The translations under genes and the position numbers were made by a program. Shown here piece after piece: positions 20,460 through 30,534 of a stretch of 61,662 nucleotides of DNA (positions within the stretch are counted from its first letter, which is position 1; every line of letters starts with the position of its first letter). The notes under the pieces are model-generated. The model worked only from the letters and a program-made list of their open reading frames with translations. It had not been told where the DNA came from and did no database searches. The stretch comes from an uncultured Candidatus Saccharibacteria bacterium. GTDB lineage: Bacteria; Patescibacteriota; Saccharimonadia; Saccharimonadales; JACDBH01. Location: the NCBI GenBank assembly GCA_964529785.1, contig CAZHAQ010000004.1, forward strand, positions 1 through 61,662, in the 5' to 3' direction.

Positions 20460-21593
20460 ATGGATATTTATGAAACAGCAATGCAGCTACACAAGCAATA
20501 CAAAGGTAAGATAACTACTAGTTTAAGAGACGTGCCTGACAGTAAAGAAAAACTAAGCGCTTACTACAGTCCTGGCGTAGGAGCTGTGGCAAAACATGTT
20601 GCAGAACATCCAGATGAGCTAAGGGATTACACCTGGACAAATAATCAGGTAGCCATCATTTCTGATGGGTCTGCAGTGCTTGGGCTGGGAGATATAGGGC
20701 CTCATGGAGCCATGCCCGTAATGGAAGGCAAAGCTATGCTTTTTAAGCATTTTGCTGGAATAGATGCGGTGCCCATTGTGCTAACCGTTCATGACACTGA
20801 AGAGATAATATCTGCCATTAAAGCCATAGCCCCTTCTTTCGGCGGAATTAATCTTGAAGATATTGCAGCTCCTAAATGTTTTGAAATTGAAGAAAGACTT
20901 AAGGCAGAACTAAATATACCAGTAATGCATGATGATCAGCACGGTACAGCGATAGTTACTCTAGCTGGCTTAATCAACGCTGCGAAAGTTACTAATCGGG
21001 ATTTGGACAGTTCACGAATAGTTGTAGTAGGAGCCGGCGCAGCAGGCTCGGCAATAATTAAATTGCTTAATTTATATACTAAAGCCGAAATTCTAGCCGT
21101 AGACAGTAAGGGAATTATCAGCAAAGACCGTACTGACTTGAATGATGAGAAGAGATCTTTGCTTGTATATACCAATCCTAATCACCTGAATGGATCTATG
21201 GAGCATGCAATTACAAGTGCTGACGTATTTATAGGAGTTTCTAAAGCTGGACTGCTTACTCAGGAAATGGTGCGCTCAATGTCGGATAACCCGATAATAT
21301 TTGCTATGGCTAATCCTGAGCCTGAAATACTGCCAAACGAAGCCCATGAAGCCGGGGCTGCTGTAGTTGCGACTGGAAGAAGTGATTTTCCAAATCAAGT
21401 GAATAATTCTTTGGGATTTCCCGGAATTTTTAGGGGCGCCTTAGACAATGGAGTCACTAAGATTACTGACGACCATAAGCTCGCTGCCGCACAGGCCCTA
21501 GCTGACTTAGTTAAAGAGCCTGCTGCTGAAAAGATCATTCCTGGACCATTTGATGAAGGCGTAGTCGAAGCCGTTGCCGCGGCAATTAAGTAG
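20460..21593 (+). CDS. NAD(P)-dependent malic enzyme (short form)
   Basis: YSPGV, DGSAVLGLGDIG, PVMEGKA, INLEDI, HDDQHGT, GAGAAG, MANPEPE; start set to ATG 20460 behind TACAAT. Confidence 0.93.
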   Translation: MDIYETAMQLHKQYKGKITTSLRDVPDSKEKLSAYYSPGVGAVAKHVAEHPDELRDYTWTNNQVAIISDGSAVLGLGDIGPHGAMPVMEGKAMLFKHFAGIDAVPIVLTVHDTEEIISAIKAIAPSFGGINLEDIAAPKCFEIEERLKAELNIPVMHDDQHGTAIVTLAGLINAAKVTNRDLDSSRIVVVGAGAAGSAIIKLLNLYTKAEILAVDSKGIISKDRTDLNDEKRSLLVYTNPNHLNGSMEHAITSADVFIGVSKAGLLTQEMVRSMSDNPIIFAMANPEPEILPNEAHEAGAAVVATGRSDFPNQVNNSLGFPGIFRGALDNGVTKITDDHKLAAAQALADLVKEPAAEKIIPGPFDEGVVEAVAAAIK

Positions 21594-21610
21594 TTAGCTA
21601 TCTTTAACTT

Positions 21611-23218
21611 TTATCCGACTACTCTATAGACTTCTTCTAGGGTGGTCTCGCCGGCTATAACTCTTAGTATGCCTTTTTGTTCCATTGTAAGCATACCGTC
21701 TTTAGATGCGGCCGATTCAATTTTTTGTGAAGTTAGATTAACGTTCGGGTCTTCTAGTAGCTGCTTGACATTTGGGGTCATTGTAAACTGCTCTCGGAGT
21801 ACTATGCGTCCACTATATCCATATGGGTTGTCCGGTGAGCTACCGGGATCGTACAGCTTAAGCCCGTCTATGTTGGGTCGTTCAAATTTTCCGGGCAATG
21901 TGTCAAGCACACTGTTTATTCTGTTCCATTCAGCTTCTGTCGGATCCCGCTGTATTTTTAAGCCATCATCAAGCCGTCTAACTAACCGCTGACCCATTAC
22001 CAGTCTGATAGCTGATACGAATAACGGATTTTGGCCAATTATCTCTTCCATGCGGGTAAGAGCAGCAGCTGCTGATGAGGCGTGGAAGGTGCTAAGTACC
22101 AAATGCCCAGTTAAAGAGGCCTGCAATGCTGTCTTAGCCGTCTCGTTGTCCCTAATCTCACCTACCATTACTATGTCTGGATCCAGCCTAAGTACGGCGC
22201 GTAGTTTACTGGCGAAGCTGCCATCGTTACCAGCTGAATTGGTGTCCACGGGGATTTGAGAAATGCCTGGAAACTGATATTCAACCGGGTCTTCTATAGT
22301 TATAATTTTGCGTTCTTCGCTATTTAAAGTATTTAGTATTGAATACATAGTTGTTGTTTTACCCGAACCAGTCGGTCCAACAACTAGCACTAGCCCGCTT
22401 GGTCTAGAAATAATGTCATCAACTATAGCTCTCTCTGCTGGCTCCAGGCCTAGTTTATCCAGTGTATAATTTTCAGCTTCCATGTTAAACAGCCTCATTA
22501 CCACGTCCGTTCCATTGACGGTAGGTACTGTTTCCAGCCTTACATTGACCCGCACTTGGCGCTGATCGGCCATAGTTAAGTCCTGCGATATGTGACCCTG
22601 CTGTGCATCGGGGTCGGCGCTAGATATATTAGCAGCGCTGGCAATTACGCCAAGCAGCGTTCTATATCTGTCGTGATCAATTGTAGCGATTGGGTGAAGA
22701 ACTCCGTCTATCCTAAACCTGAACCTAACATTATTTCGCTGGGTTTCTATGTGGATATCACTTGCATTAAGATTGTGGGCCTGCTCAACTAGATATGCCA
22801 ACGTATCGTCTGGCCGTATCTCCTGGAGCATTTTAGTTACCCTGCTGACAAGATCGTCAGTGCCGGCATCGCTTAGAGTTATATCTTCATAAACAACTTG
22901 TTTTGGCGGATCATACAGCTTCATGTAATCGTTATAGCCAGTGTCAGAAATAAGTGAGAATCTTACCTGATAATCGCTGAATCTCTGCTGGATTTGACGC
23001 ATAGTTTGCTGCGAGGTGGTATTGGTAATTCCAAATGTAACATTCTTCTGCTCTACAATTAAGGGAACTGTTCGCATGCTGTAAAGTTCTGGCACAGTTA
23101 AAAACTGTAGGTACAACTGCCTGTTGGGCATTTTCGTAGTATCTATGTAGGGAAGTTTTAGTATTTGAGCGCGCCGAGCAGTGTTTTGTTCTTCAATTAA
23201 TCTTGCATCTAAAGCCAT
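21611..23218 (-). CDS. GspE/PilB family type IV pilus assembly ATPase
   Basis: ASDIHIE, RFRIDGVL, GPTGSGKTTT, TIEDPVEY, LRLDPD..MVGEIRD, TGHLVLSTFH; start set to ATG 23218 behind TATAAT. Confidence 0.92.
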   Translation of the reverse strand: MALDARLIEEQNTARRAQILKLPYIDTTKMPNRQLYLQFLTVPELYSMRTVPLIVEQKNVTFGITNTTSQQTMRQIQQRFSDYQVRFSLISDTGYNDYMKLYDPPKQVVYEDITLSDAGTDDLVSRVTKMLQEIRPDDTLAYLVEQAHNLNASDIHIETQRNNVRFRFRIDGVLHPIATIDHDRYRTLLGVIASAANISSADPDAQQGHISQDLTMADQRQVRVNVRLETVPTVNGTDVVMRLFNMEAENYTLDKLGLEPAERAIVDDIISRPSGLVLVVGPTGSGKTTTMYSILNTLNSEERKIITIEDPVEYQFPGISQIPVDTNSAGNDGSFASKLRAVLRLDPDIVMVGEIRDNETAKTALQASLTGHLVLSTFHASSAAAALTRMEEIIGQNPLFVSAIRLVMGQRLVRRLDDGLKIQRDPTEAEWNRINSVLDTLPGKFERPNIDGLKLYDPGSSPDNPYGYSGRIVLREQFTMTPNVKQLLEDPNVNLTSQKIESAASKDGMLTMEQKGILRVIAGETTLEEVYRVVG

Positions 23219-23313
23219 GAGCATCATTATAAACATAAGTTAACTGCAAGGCCAACAAGATAGTTTAAACTATTTAAACACCTAGGATTATTAATGTAGT
23301 ATATAGATGAATT

Positions 23314-23808
23314 ATGAGAAATATTGTTGTTATAGCCCACGATATGCGCAGCACGTTCAACGTGGGGTCTCTATTAAGAACGGCCGATGGGCTTGGTGTC
23401 AGTAAGTTATATTTAACTGGCTATACTCCTTACCCTAAAACCCCGGATGATACTCGACTGCCTCATATAGCTGACAAGCTGGATAAGCAGATAGATAAGA
23501 CTGCCCTGGGAGCGCAAGCGTTAATAGACTGGGAATATCGCGAAAATATATCTGAACTTATTAATGAGTTAAGGCAGAAGAATTATCAAATTATTGCTCT
23601 GGAGCAGACTCCTGGGTCAGAAGAATTACCAGGTGCGGCAGTAAGTGATAACATTGCGATTATATTAGGGACAGAAGTAACAGGATTGCCTAACGAGATC
23701 ATAAGACTAACTGACAAGCAGGTACTTATACCAATGCTTGGAGGCAAAGAGTCTTTCAATGTAGTAATTGCGGCCGCTATAGCTCTTTACGAATTTAGAT
23801 TTCGCTGA
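23314..23808 (+). CDS. SpoU/TrmH family RNA methyltransferase
   Basis: NVGSLLRTADG, ILGTEVTGL, IPMLG..ESFNV. Confidence 0.92.
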   Translation: MRNIVVIAHDMRSTFNVGSLLRTADGLGVSKLYLTGYTPYPKTPDDTRLPHIADKLDKQIDKTALGAQALIDWEYRENISELINELRQKNYQIIALEQTPGSEELPGAAVSDNIAIILGTEVTGLPNEIIRLTDKQVLIPMLGGKESFNVVIAAAIALYEFRFR

Positions 23809-23851
23809 TCTGGCTGTTATTGTGATAAGATAACTTTATAAATTTAAAGTT

Positions 23852-24952
23852 ATGTCCAAAAACAAAAAAAATACTTCCAGTCATAAAACTAGCAAGACCT
23901 CCAGGACTACCAGTAGAAGGTCTAATAAACCACGTGGTAGCAAGGTGTCGTTTGTTAAATACTTGCCGGCGGTTTTAATCAGTCTTTTTGCCAGCTATTT
24001 ATATATTCAGCCATATTTGCAAGCAAGTCGCTTAAATAAAAACGATGTATTAGCATATTCAACGCATGTAAGCATTGATGGGCTGCTAACTTCAACCAAT
24101 CAACAGAGAGCGGCTAACGGAGTTGCTTCATTGGGCTTAAACAGCGCCTTAAATACTGCTGCTCAAGCGAAGGCCAACGACATGGTTAGTCGCAATTATT
24201 GGTCTCATCAGACTCCTGACGGCCAACAGCCTTGGATTTTTATTAATAATACCGGCTATAAATACTTATCGGCAGGAGAAAACTTGGCCTATGGATTCAT
24301 GACCAGTAACGCTACAGTTACAGGATGGATGAATAGCCCTACTCATAAGTCAAACATGCTATCAAGCAACTTTACAGAAGTGGGGTTTGGTATTGCCAAC
24401 AGTCCAAACTACGTCAATAACGGCCAACAGACTGTAATAGTTGCCATGTATGCCAAGCCTCAGGTTTTAGCCTCTTCGCAAACAAATGTGAAAGCTAGTG
24501 AGCCCGCTCCAGTTAAGCGGCAAGAGGTAAACTCAAGCGCAAGTCCAGCTACGCCTCCTAAAAGCACCCAGAAGCAGGAAGAAACGGCGTCTCTGCCAGT
24601 TGAGAATGATACCTCAGATCAGCAAGCGGCTGATAGTAGCGAACCACATAAAGAGGATACAGTTATTGCGGCTTCCGATATGCAGGGCGATCCTCCACTT
24701 AGCGTTGGCACAGCTGAAATTAAGCGTATAGATATAATGGCCGGTGGGAACAGCTTTATTAGCGCGACACTAATAATTTTAAGCGTATGTGCAGTTGGAT
24801 TGTTATGGCTTTTGCACCGAAGTATCAGATTCAAGAAGTGGCTGAAATCTTCAGAAAAGCTAGTTGGGAAATACCTGTATCTTGATTTAACAGTACTGGC
24901 AATCGTTTATTTAGGATTTGTACTGCTTACCTTTAGCGGTGCAATTAAGTAA
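23852..24952 (+). CDS. CAP (SCP) domain membrane protein
   Basis: TNQQR, AAQAKANDM, YWSH, AGENLA, WMNSPTH, EVGFG; N- and C-terminal TM segments. Confidence 0.9.
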   Translation: MSKNKKNTSSHKTSKTSRTTSRRSNKPRGSKVSFVKYLPAVLISLFASYLYIQPYLQASRLNKNDVLAYSTHVSIDGLLTSTNQQRAANGVASLGLNSALNTAAQAKANDMVSRNYWSHQTPDGQQPWIFINNTGYKYLSAGENLAYGFMTSNATVTGWMNSPTHKSNMLSSNFTEVGFGIANSPNYVNNGQQTVIVAMYAKPQVLASSQTNVKASEPAPVKRQEVNSSASPATPPKSTQKQEETASLPVENDTSDQQAADSSEPHKEDTVIAASDMQGDPPLSVGTAEIKRIDIMAGGNSFISATLIILSVCAVGLLWLLHRSIRFKKWLKSSEKLVGKYLYLDLTVLAIVYLGFVLLTFSGAIK

Positions 24953-24957
24953 CGGCT

Positions 24958-27900
24958 CTACTGCACCACCACTTGATTGTCGCCAACTATTTGTTTAAGC
25001 TCATCAAGCGATTCTTGACTAGACTTTATCCCGGCCGGTAGTTTTATTATTTGCTTGCTGTCTGCTTCACCGACGACTAATACTACTTCTGTTTGACCCT
25101 TATGATTATCTATAGTTTTTTTCAAAGCGATTAATTGCTCCTGGTTCTTGCTGTCGTTTAGTCTAATGTATACCCGAGCATCAACCGAAGCACTGACAGA
25201 ATTTTTATTAGCAGCAGCTGTAGGCATTGTTTTAGCTTTACTCTTAGATTTGCCCGGCAGTTTAACAGATCTCCCTCTTGGCTGGTAAGCTTCGGCCTGT
25301 GTTATGGTTACCTCTCTAGCTTCATCAACTAGTACTTTCATATCTGTCATTAGTTCGCCGGTTTGACGATCGCGGGCATTTAGCTTGCCTTTTAAGATCA
25401 CCACCCTATCTCTCTCCCAGATTCCAGTTGTCTGCTGATAGACACTAGGGAATAAAACAATTTCTATTTCGCTTTTGAGATCTGCGATTTTTACAAATGC
25501 CATTTTCTGGCCGTTCTTTGTGGTAATCTCTCTCATTTCCTCGATTGCACCGCCAATTACTACATTCTTGCCGTCCATGTCTGGTACAAGTTCAGATATT
25601 GGCATGCTCAGTTCGGTAAGATAAGTTTCATAGGCTTTTAAGGGGTGTTGAGATAAATATAGTCCAAGTAGTTCTCTTTCCCATTTAAGCTGTTCCTGCT
25701 TATTGTACTCTATACTTGCAGGCTCTAGACTAATCTTAGGGTCCATATCAGCTACGGTTGAGTCACCAAATAATCCTACTTGGCCTGCAGCTCTCTCTTT
25801 CTGAATACGGTTAGCAAAAGAAAGTAGTATATCAATATTGTCTAGCAGCTTGCTTCGTTCATCAAAACGGTCAAACGCCCCCGACTTTATTAAACTTTCC
25901 AATGCCTTTCTGTTAACTAGTCTTGGATTTATTCGCGAAAATACGTCTTCTAGCTTACTGAATTTTCCTTCTTCACGAGCTCTAAGTATCTCTTCTACAG
26001 CACCAGTGCCGACATTCTTGATAGCATTCATTCCGAATCTTATCGGGTCATGAAGCGGGTCGCCAGTTGGTACTACCGCAAACTCTAAGTATGATTCATT
26101 GATGTCGGGAGGCAGTACTTCTATGCCTACGTGCTTGCATTCTGTAATTTCAACACTTAACCTGTCAGTATCGTCATAATCACTGGTCATAAGAGCAGCC
26201 ATGAAGGCTGATGGATAGTGGGCTTTAAGGTAGGCGGTCTGATAGGCAATCAATCCATAACACGCCGAATGAGACTTATTAAATGCATAATCGGCAAAGC
26301 CTAGAATATCTTTCCAGATTTTTTTGACTACATGTTCTGGTACGCCGTTTTTTATTGCACCATCAATAAACTGCTGGCCCATCTTATCCATGACATCGCG
26401 TTTTTTCTTGCCGATTGCTTTTCTTAAAGTGTCAGCTTCGCCGCCTGTAAAGCCGCACATTTCCTTGCTCATCTGCATAACTTGTTCCTGGTAGACGATT
26501 ACACCATAAGTAGATTCCAGCGAGTTCTTCGCCAAAGGATGATCATAGGTTATTTCTTCTAAACCATTTTTTCTTTTTACAAATGAATCAGTAAGGCCGG
26601 CGGTTAATGGGCCTGGCCTATATAGTGCACACATGGCAATAATGTCACTGAACTCTGTTGGTTTTAGCTCTTTTAAGTATCGTTTCATGCCTGAGGATTC
26701 AAGCTGGAATACACCGGTAGTATCTCCTCTCTGAAGCAGCTCAAACGTCTGCTGGTCATCTAAGGGAATGGAGTTGATGTCTATTTCTTTCTGATAAACC
26801 TTTTTAATAATACGCAGCGCATTCTTAATTATGGTTAGGTTGGACAGGCCAAGAAAATCCATCTTAAGCAGTCCAAGCTCTTCAATTGGGCCCATGGAAT
26901 ATTGGGTGGCCACTACGCCTTTTTGGGCCATTTCAAGTGGTACGAATTTAACAATATCATCTGGAGCTATAACTACTCCTGCTGCATGAACCCCATGACT
27001 TCTAATCGTGCCTTCAAGCTTGGTAGCCAAATTAAAGACCCTAGCGGACTGTTCATTTGTTTCATTTTCCCGTTTTAAATCTACATTCTCTGTCAGTGAA
27101 GTGGCTAGAGGTATATGTCTACCTTGAATTGGTGGCGGTATCATCTTAGCCAGCCTGTCGGCTTCTGCATAAGGTACTTCCAGTACTCTGGCTACATCCC
27201 GAACGGCATTTCTGGCTGCCATTTTGCCAAAAGTAACAATGTTGGCTACTCTTTCACTGCCGTATTTTTCTACACAGTACTGGATCACCTCATTGCGCCT
27301 GGTATCCTGAATATCTATATCAATATCAGGCATGCTAATACGATCAGGGTTTAAAAATCTTTCAAAAAGCAGATCGTATTCCATAGGGTCAAGTTCAGTA
27401 ATACGCAGTGAATAAGCTATTATTGACCCTGCGGCTGAGCCTCTACCAGGGCCAAAGACTATACCATTATCTTTACCCCATTTAATGAAGTCCCAGATGA
27501 TTAAGAAATAGCCATTAAAGCCCATATTATCTATAACCTGCAGCTCATATTCAGCCCGCTTTAATGTTGCCGGATCCAGCTTTTCTTTAGCCTGCTCAAC
27601 GCTTATACCCTTGGAGTCTTCCTCGCTTACCCCTCCATAGCGCCAAGCCAGTCCTTGGTAGACAAGCTTGGTTAAATAGGATTTTTCAGTTTCATTATCT
27701 GGCACTGGAAAATTAGGGATTAGTATTTTACCTAGCTCCAAGCTAATTGAACAGCGGTCAGCAATTTCTTTAGTGTTGGTTATAACCTCAGGGTGATCAT
27801 TGCCCCAGCGCTCAATTAGCTCATTAGGGTCGGTAATATGGAGCTCCATATTAGATAGGCTCATCCGGTTGGTATCGGATAAAAATGAGCCAGTCTGGAC

Positions 27901-28614
27901 GCATAGCAGAATCTCATGAGCTTCCTGGTCTTGATGTGTCAAATAATGCGCGTCGCATGTTAGTGCACACTTAATGCCTAGTTCTTCTGATAATTTAAAT
28001 AGCTGTTTGTTTATAGCTACCTGCTCATCCCAGACTGTTGGATGATCAGGGTGGCCATGGTCTTGAACTTCAAAGTAGTATCTATCGCCAAATACTTTCT
28101 TATACCAGGAAGCAATCTCCTTAGCCTTGTCGTATTGCTGCTGCCTTAGAGCGTCCCCCACTTCTCCACCAATACAGGCGCTGAGAACAATTAATCCTTC
28201 ATTATATTTTTCAAGCAAATCATGGTCTATCCTGGGCTTATAATAGTAGCCTTCAAGATTAGCTATAGTGCTCAGCTTCATAAGATTCTGGTAACCAGTC
28301 ATATTCATAGCCAGCAGTATGAGATGATAGTTAGGCTTGTCTTTGCCGGCTTCTTTATCGGTATGTTTTCTGGCGGCAATATAGGTTTCCATACCGAAAA
28401 TTGGCTTTACTCCGGACGAGTCAGCCTCTTTATAAAAGTCGATTAAACCCGATAGCGTACCATGGTCAGTAACCGCAATTGCCTCCATGCCTTTCTCTTT
28501 AACGTAGGACAACATGGCCGGTAACTTAGTTAAACCGTCCAGCAGGCTGTAGTGAGTATGATTATGCAAGTGCACATAGTCACTCGGCAATAATGAGCTG
28601 CTACCCTTCTTCAT
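24958..28614 (-). CDS. dnaE: DNA polymerase III alpha subunit
   Basis: HLHNHTHYSLLDG PHP domain, GRGSAAGS, PDIDID, FNKSH, OB fold; no intein seen. Confidence 0.97.
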   Translation of the reverse strand: MKKGSSSLLPSDYVHLHNHTHYSLLDGLTKLPAMLSYVKEKGMEAIAVTDHGTLSGLIDFYKEADSSGVKPIFGMETYIAARKHTDKEAGKDKPNYHLILLAMNMTGYQNLMKLSTIANLEGYYYKPRIDHDLLEKYNEGLIVLSACIGGEVGDALRQQQYDKAKEIASWYKKVFGDRYYFEVQDHGHPDHPTVWDEQVAINKQLFKLSEELGIKCALTCDAHYLTHQDQEAHEILLCVQTGSFLSDTNRMSLSNMELHITDPNELIERWGNDHPEVITNTKEIADRCSISLELGKILIPNFPVPDNETEKSYLTKLVYQGLAWRYGGVSEEDSKGISVEQAKEKLDPATLKRAEYELQVIDNMGFNGYFLIIWDFIKWGKDNGIVFGPGRGSAAGSIIAYSLRITELDPMEYDLLFERFLNPDRISMPDIDIDIQDTRRNEVIQYCVEKYGSERVANIVTFGKMAARNAVRDVARVLEVPYAEADRLAKMIPPPIQGRHIPLATSLTENVDLKRENETNEQSARVFNLATKLEGTIRSHGVHAAGVVIAPDDIVKFVPLEMAQKGVVATQYSMGPIEELGLLKMDFLGLSNLTIIKNALRIIKKVYQKEIDINSIPLDDQQTFELLQRGDTTGVFQLESSGMKRYLKELKPTEFSDIIAMCALYRPGPLTAGLTDSFVKRKNGLEEITYDHPLAKNSLESTYGVIVYQEQVMQMSKEMCGFTGGEADTLRKAIGKKKRDVMDKMGQQFIDGAIKNGVPEHVVKKIWKDILGFADYAFNKSHSACYGLIAYQTAYLKAHYPSAFMAALMTSDYDDTDRLSVEITECKHVGIEVLPPDINESYLEFAVVPTGDPLHDPIRFGMNAIKNVGTGAVEEILRAREEGKFSKLEDVFSRINPRLVNRKALESLIKSGAFDRFDERSKLLDNIDILLSFANRIQKERAAGQVGLFGDSTVADMDPKISLEPASIEYNKQEQLKWERELLGLYLSQHPLKAYETYLTELSMPISELVPDMDGKNVVIGGAIEEMREITTKNGQKMAFVKIADLKSEIEIVLFPSVYQQTTGIWERDRVVILKGKLNARDRQTGELMTDMKVLVDEAREVTITQAEAYQPRGRSVKLPGKSKSKAKTMPTAAANKNSVSASVDARVYIRLNDSKNQEQLIALKKTIDNHKGQTEVVLVVGEADSKQIIKLPAGIKSSQESLDELKQIVGDNQVVVQ

Positions 28615-28682
28615 TAGTATTATTATAGATTAGGCTGAGTGTAGGGGCAAAGAACAAAGCTTATCGTTGTAATAAGAACTTG

Positions 28683-28961
28683 TTACTGAGCTTGGTTTAC
28701 AGTTTGCTCTACTTTTTCGGTAAAATTACCAACAAGAGGTACCTGATCAAATAACGACAGTATCCAGATTAACAATGCAACTAGTATAGTGGCGCCGATT
28801 ACGCCGCCTAGACCCTGCAGCATACCCTTTATAAATGACATCTTGTAGCTTTTGGCGGCATCTAGGTAGCCGGTCTCATAAATGGACGCGACAATCTTGC
28901 CTAACTCCTCATATTGCTTGCGAGTTAGAGTTTTGCTGTTATTTTTTGAGGAATTTTTCAA
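28683..28961 (-). CDS. DUF5665-like small membrane protein
   Basis: SFIKGMLQGLGGVIGATI motif plus TM helix. Confidence 0.75.
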   Translation of the reverse strand: MKNSSKNNSKTLTRKQYEELGKIVASIYETGYLDAAKSYKMSFIKGMLQGLGGVIGATILVALLIWILSLFDQVPLVGNFTEKVEQTVNQAQ

Positions 28962-29343
28962 GGTTTTTCAGCGCGTCTTTCGCGTCTTTTAAGGCTTTTT
29001 TAAGTTCAGGATCTTCAGCGTCGCCTTCATGAAGCGCGCTTAAAGCTTGTCTGACAATTTCCTTAGCCTCTGACGCAGAATCAAATAGCTTCTCGTATTC
29101 TTTTTTAGCTCGGCCTTTCAGGTCTTTACCTTTTTCTTTGGCCTCATCTAGCTTTTTATTTAATTCAGAGTTTAACTCTTTCAATTTCTTTTCAGCTTCT
29201 TTTTTAGCCCGTAGGCCTGCATTTTTAATGTCTTGCCTTGTTTCCTTGCCGCTTTTAGGTGCTGTTAATAGTCCAGCTAAGTAACCGATAATTCCTGCCA
29301 ATAGAGCACCTACTGCTACTTTTTTACCCGAGGCTTTAGACAT
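28939..29343 (-). CDS. YtxH domain protein
   Basis: GALLAGIIGYLAGLLTAPKSGKETR followed by coiled coil. Confidence 0.9.
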   Translation of the reverse strand: MSKASGKKVAVGALLAGIIGYLAGLLTAPKSGKETRQDIKNAGLRAKKEAEKKLKELNSELNKKLDEAKEKGKDLKGRAKKEYEKLFDSASEAKEIVRQALSALHEGDAEDPELKKALKDAKDALKNLEKFLKK

Positions 29344-29344
29344 A

Positions 29345-29602
29345 TTACTTTCTCCTGTCTTTTTTTAGTACAGTTTCAGCTAAGTTTACGAAAAACTTAC
29401 CGATTACAAGCGGATTAACAGACTTTTTGATCATGCCTGCCGCAGCCTCTACATTGCCAACGACATCTTCAGCCTTCTCGGCTATATGCCTTAAAGCCAA
29501 AGCAAGTTTAATAAGAATTATTGCCAAAATTATATTTAGCAGCAAAAATATCGCTAAGAATGCTGACAGGATTACTACTAAAATTTCTGTGGCGTTCTCC
29601 AT
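29345..29602 (-). CDS. Small membrane protein
   Basis: Long hydrophobic N-terminal helix, directly upstream of ytxH; ATG 8 nt after TATAAT. Confidence 0.75.
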   Translation of the reverse strand: MENATEILVVILSAFLAIFLLLNIILAIILIKLALALRHIAEKAEDVVGNVEAAAGMIKKSVNPLVIGKFFVNLAETVLKKDRRK

Positions 29603-29642
29603 GTGCAAATATTATACAACAGCAATGCCAGCTTGTGCTAAT

Positions 29643-30530
29643 TTACAGCTTAGTACTTAAATATTCTCTGAAGTCTTTGCCTAGTTCCTGATGTTCTAGT
29701 CCGAAATCTACCAGTGTCTTTAGATATTCAAGTTTATTGCCAGTATCATAATACTTACTTTCTTTTAAGGCGCAGGCATAGATATTCCTGCCATCCCTGA
29801 GCATAGGTTCAATACCATAGGTTGTAAGATAAAATTCTGCGTCAGCAGGCAGCTCTTTAATTGCCTTGTTGACGTAATCAAACACTTCAGGAGTTAATAA
29901 GTATCCGCCGATGCTGGCCATATCGGATTTGGCTTCTTCTTTGCCGGGCTTTTCAACAATGCCGTCCATTTTTATTACGCCGTCTCTAACTGTCTCGCCA
30001 TGGACGATACCGTATCGCTTATAACTATCATCGTCGGTAACCTTAATACAGGGAAAGATTGAACCGTTAAATTCATTATATAAATCAATCATTTGCTTGA
30101 AGCGATTAGGGTTAGATGGTACTAAATCGTCAGCATAGGTATAGATAAACGGTTCGTCACCTATCAAATGAGCGACGTTCATGATAGGAGTTGCGCTTCC
30201 GTAAGGTCCTTTTTGGCGTACATATGCAAAATTTGCTAAATTAGAGATTTTTTTAGTCTCTTCCAGCAGCTCTAGTTTGTTCCCCTGCTTCAAATTCGCT
30301 CGAAGATCAGCGCTCAAATGATCAAAATGATCTTCTATTGAACGCTTGTGATAGCCAGTAACAATAATAATGTCTTCTATGCCAGCATCTACTAATTCTT
30401 CAACTATATACTGGATGATCGGCTTGTCTATCAGCGGCAGCATTTCTTTAGGCATTGCTTTAGTTTGAGGCAGAAACCTGGTGCCAAAACCGGCTGCTGC
30501 TATGACTGCTTTTCTTACTGTTTTGGACAT
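29643..30530 (-). CDS. galU: UTP--glucose-1-phosphate uridylyltransferase
   Basis: KAVIAAAGFGTRFLPQTKAMPKEMLP, VEKP, YDTG. Confidence 0.92.
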   Translation of the reverse strand: MSKTVRKAVIAAAGFGTRFLPQTKAMPKEMLPLIDKPIIQYIVEELVDAGIEDIIIVTGYHKRSIEDHFDHLSADLRANLKQGNKLELLEETKKISNLANFAYVRQKGPYGSATPIMNVAHLIGDEPFIYTYADDLVPSNPNRFKQMIDLYNEFNGSIFPCIKVTDDDSYKRYGIVHGETVRDGVIKMDGIVEKPGKEEAKSDMASIGGYLLTPEVFDYVNKAIKELPADAEFYLTTYGIEPMLRDGRNIYACALKESKYYDTGNKLEYLKTLVDFGLEHQELGKDFREYLSTKL

Positions 30531-30534
30531 TATT

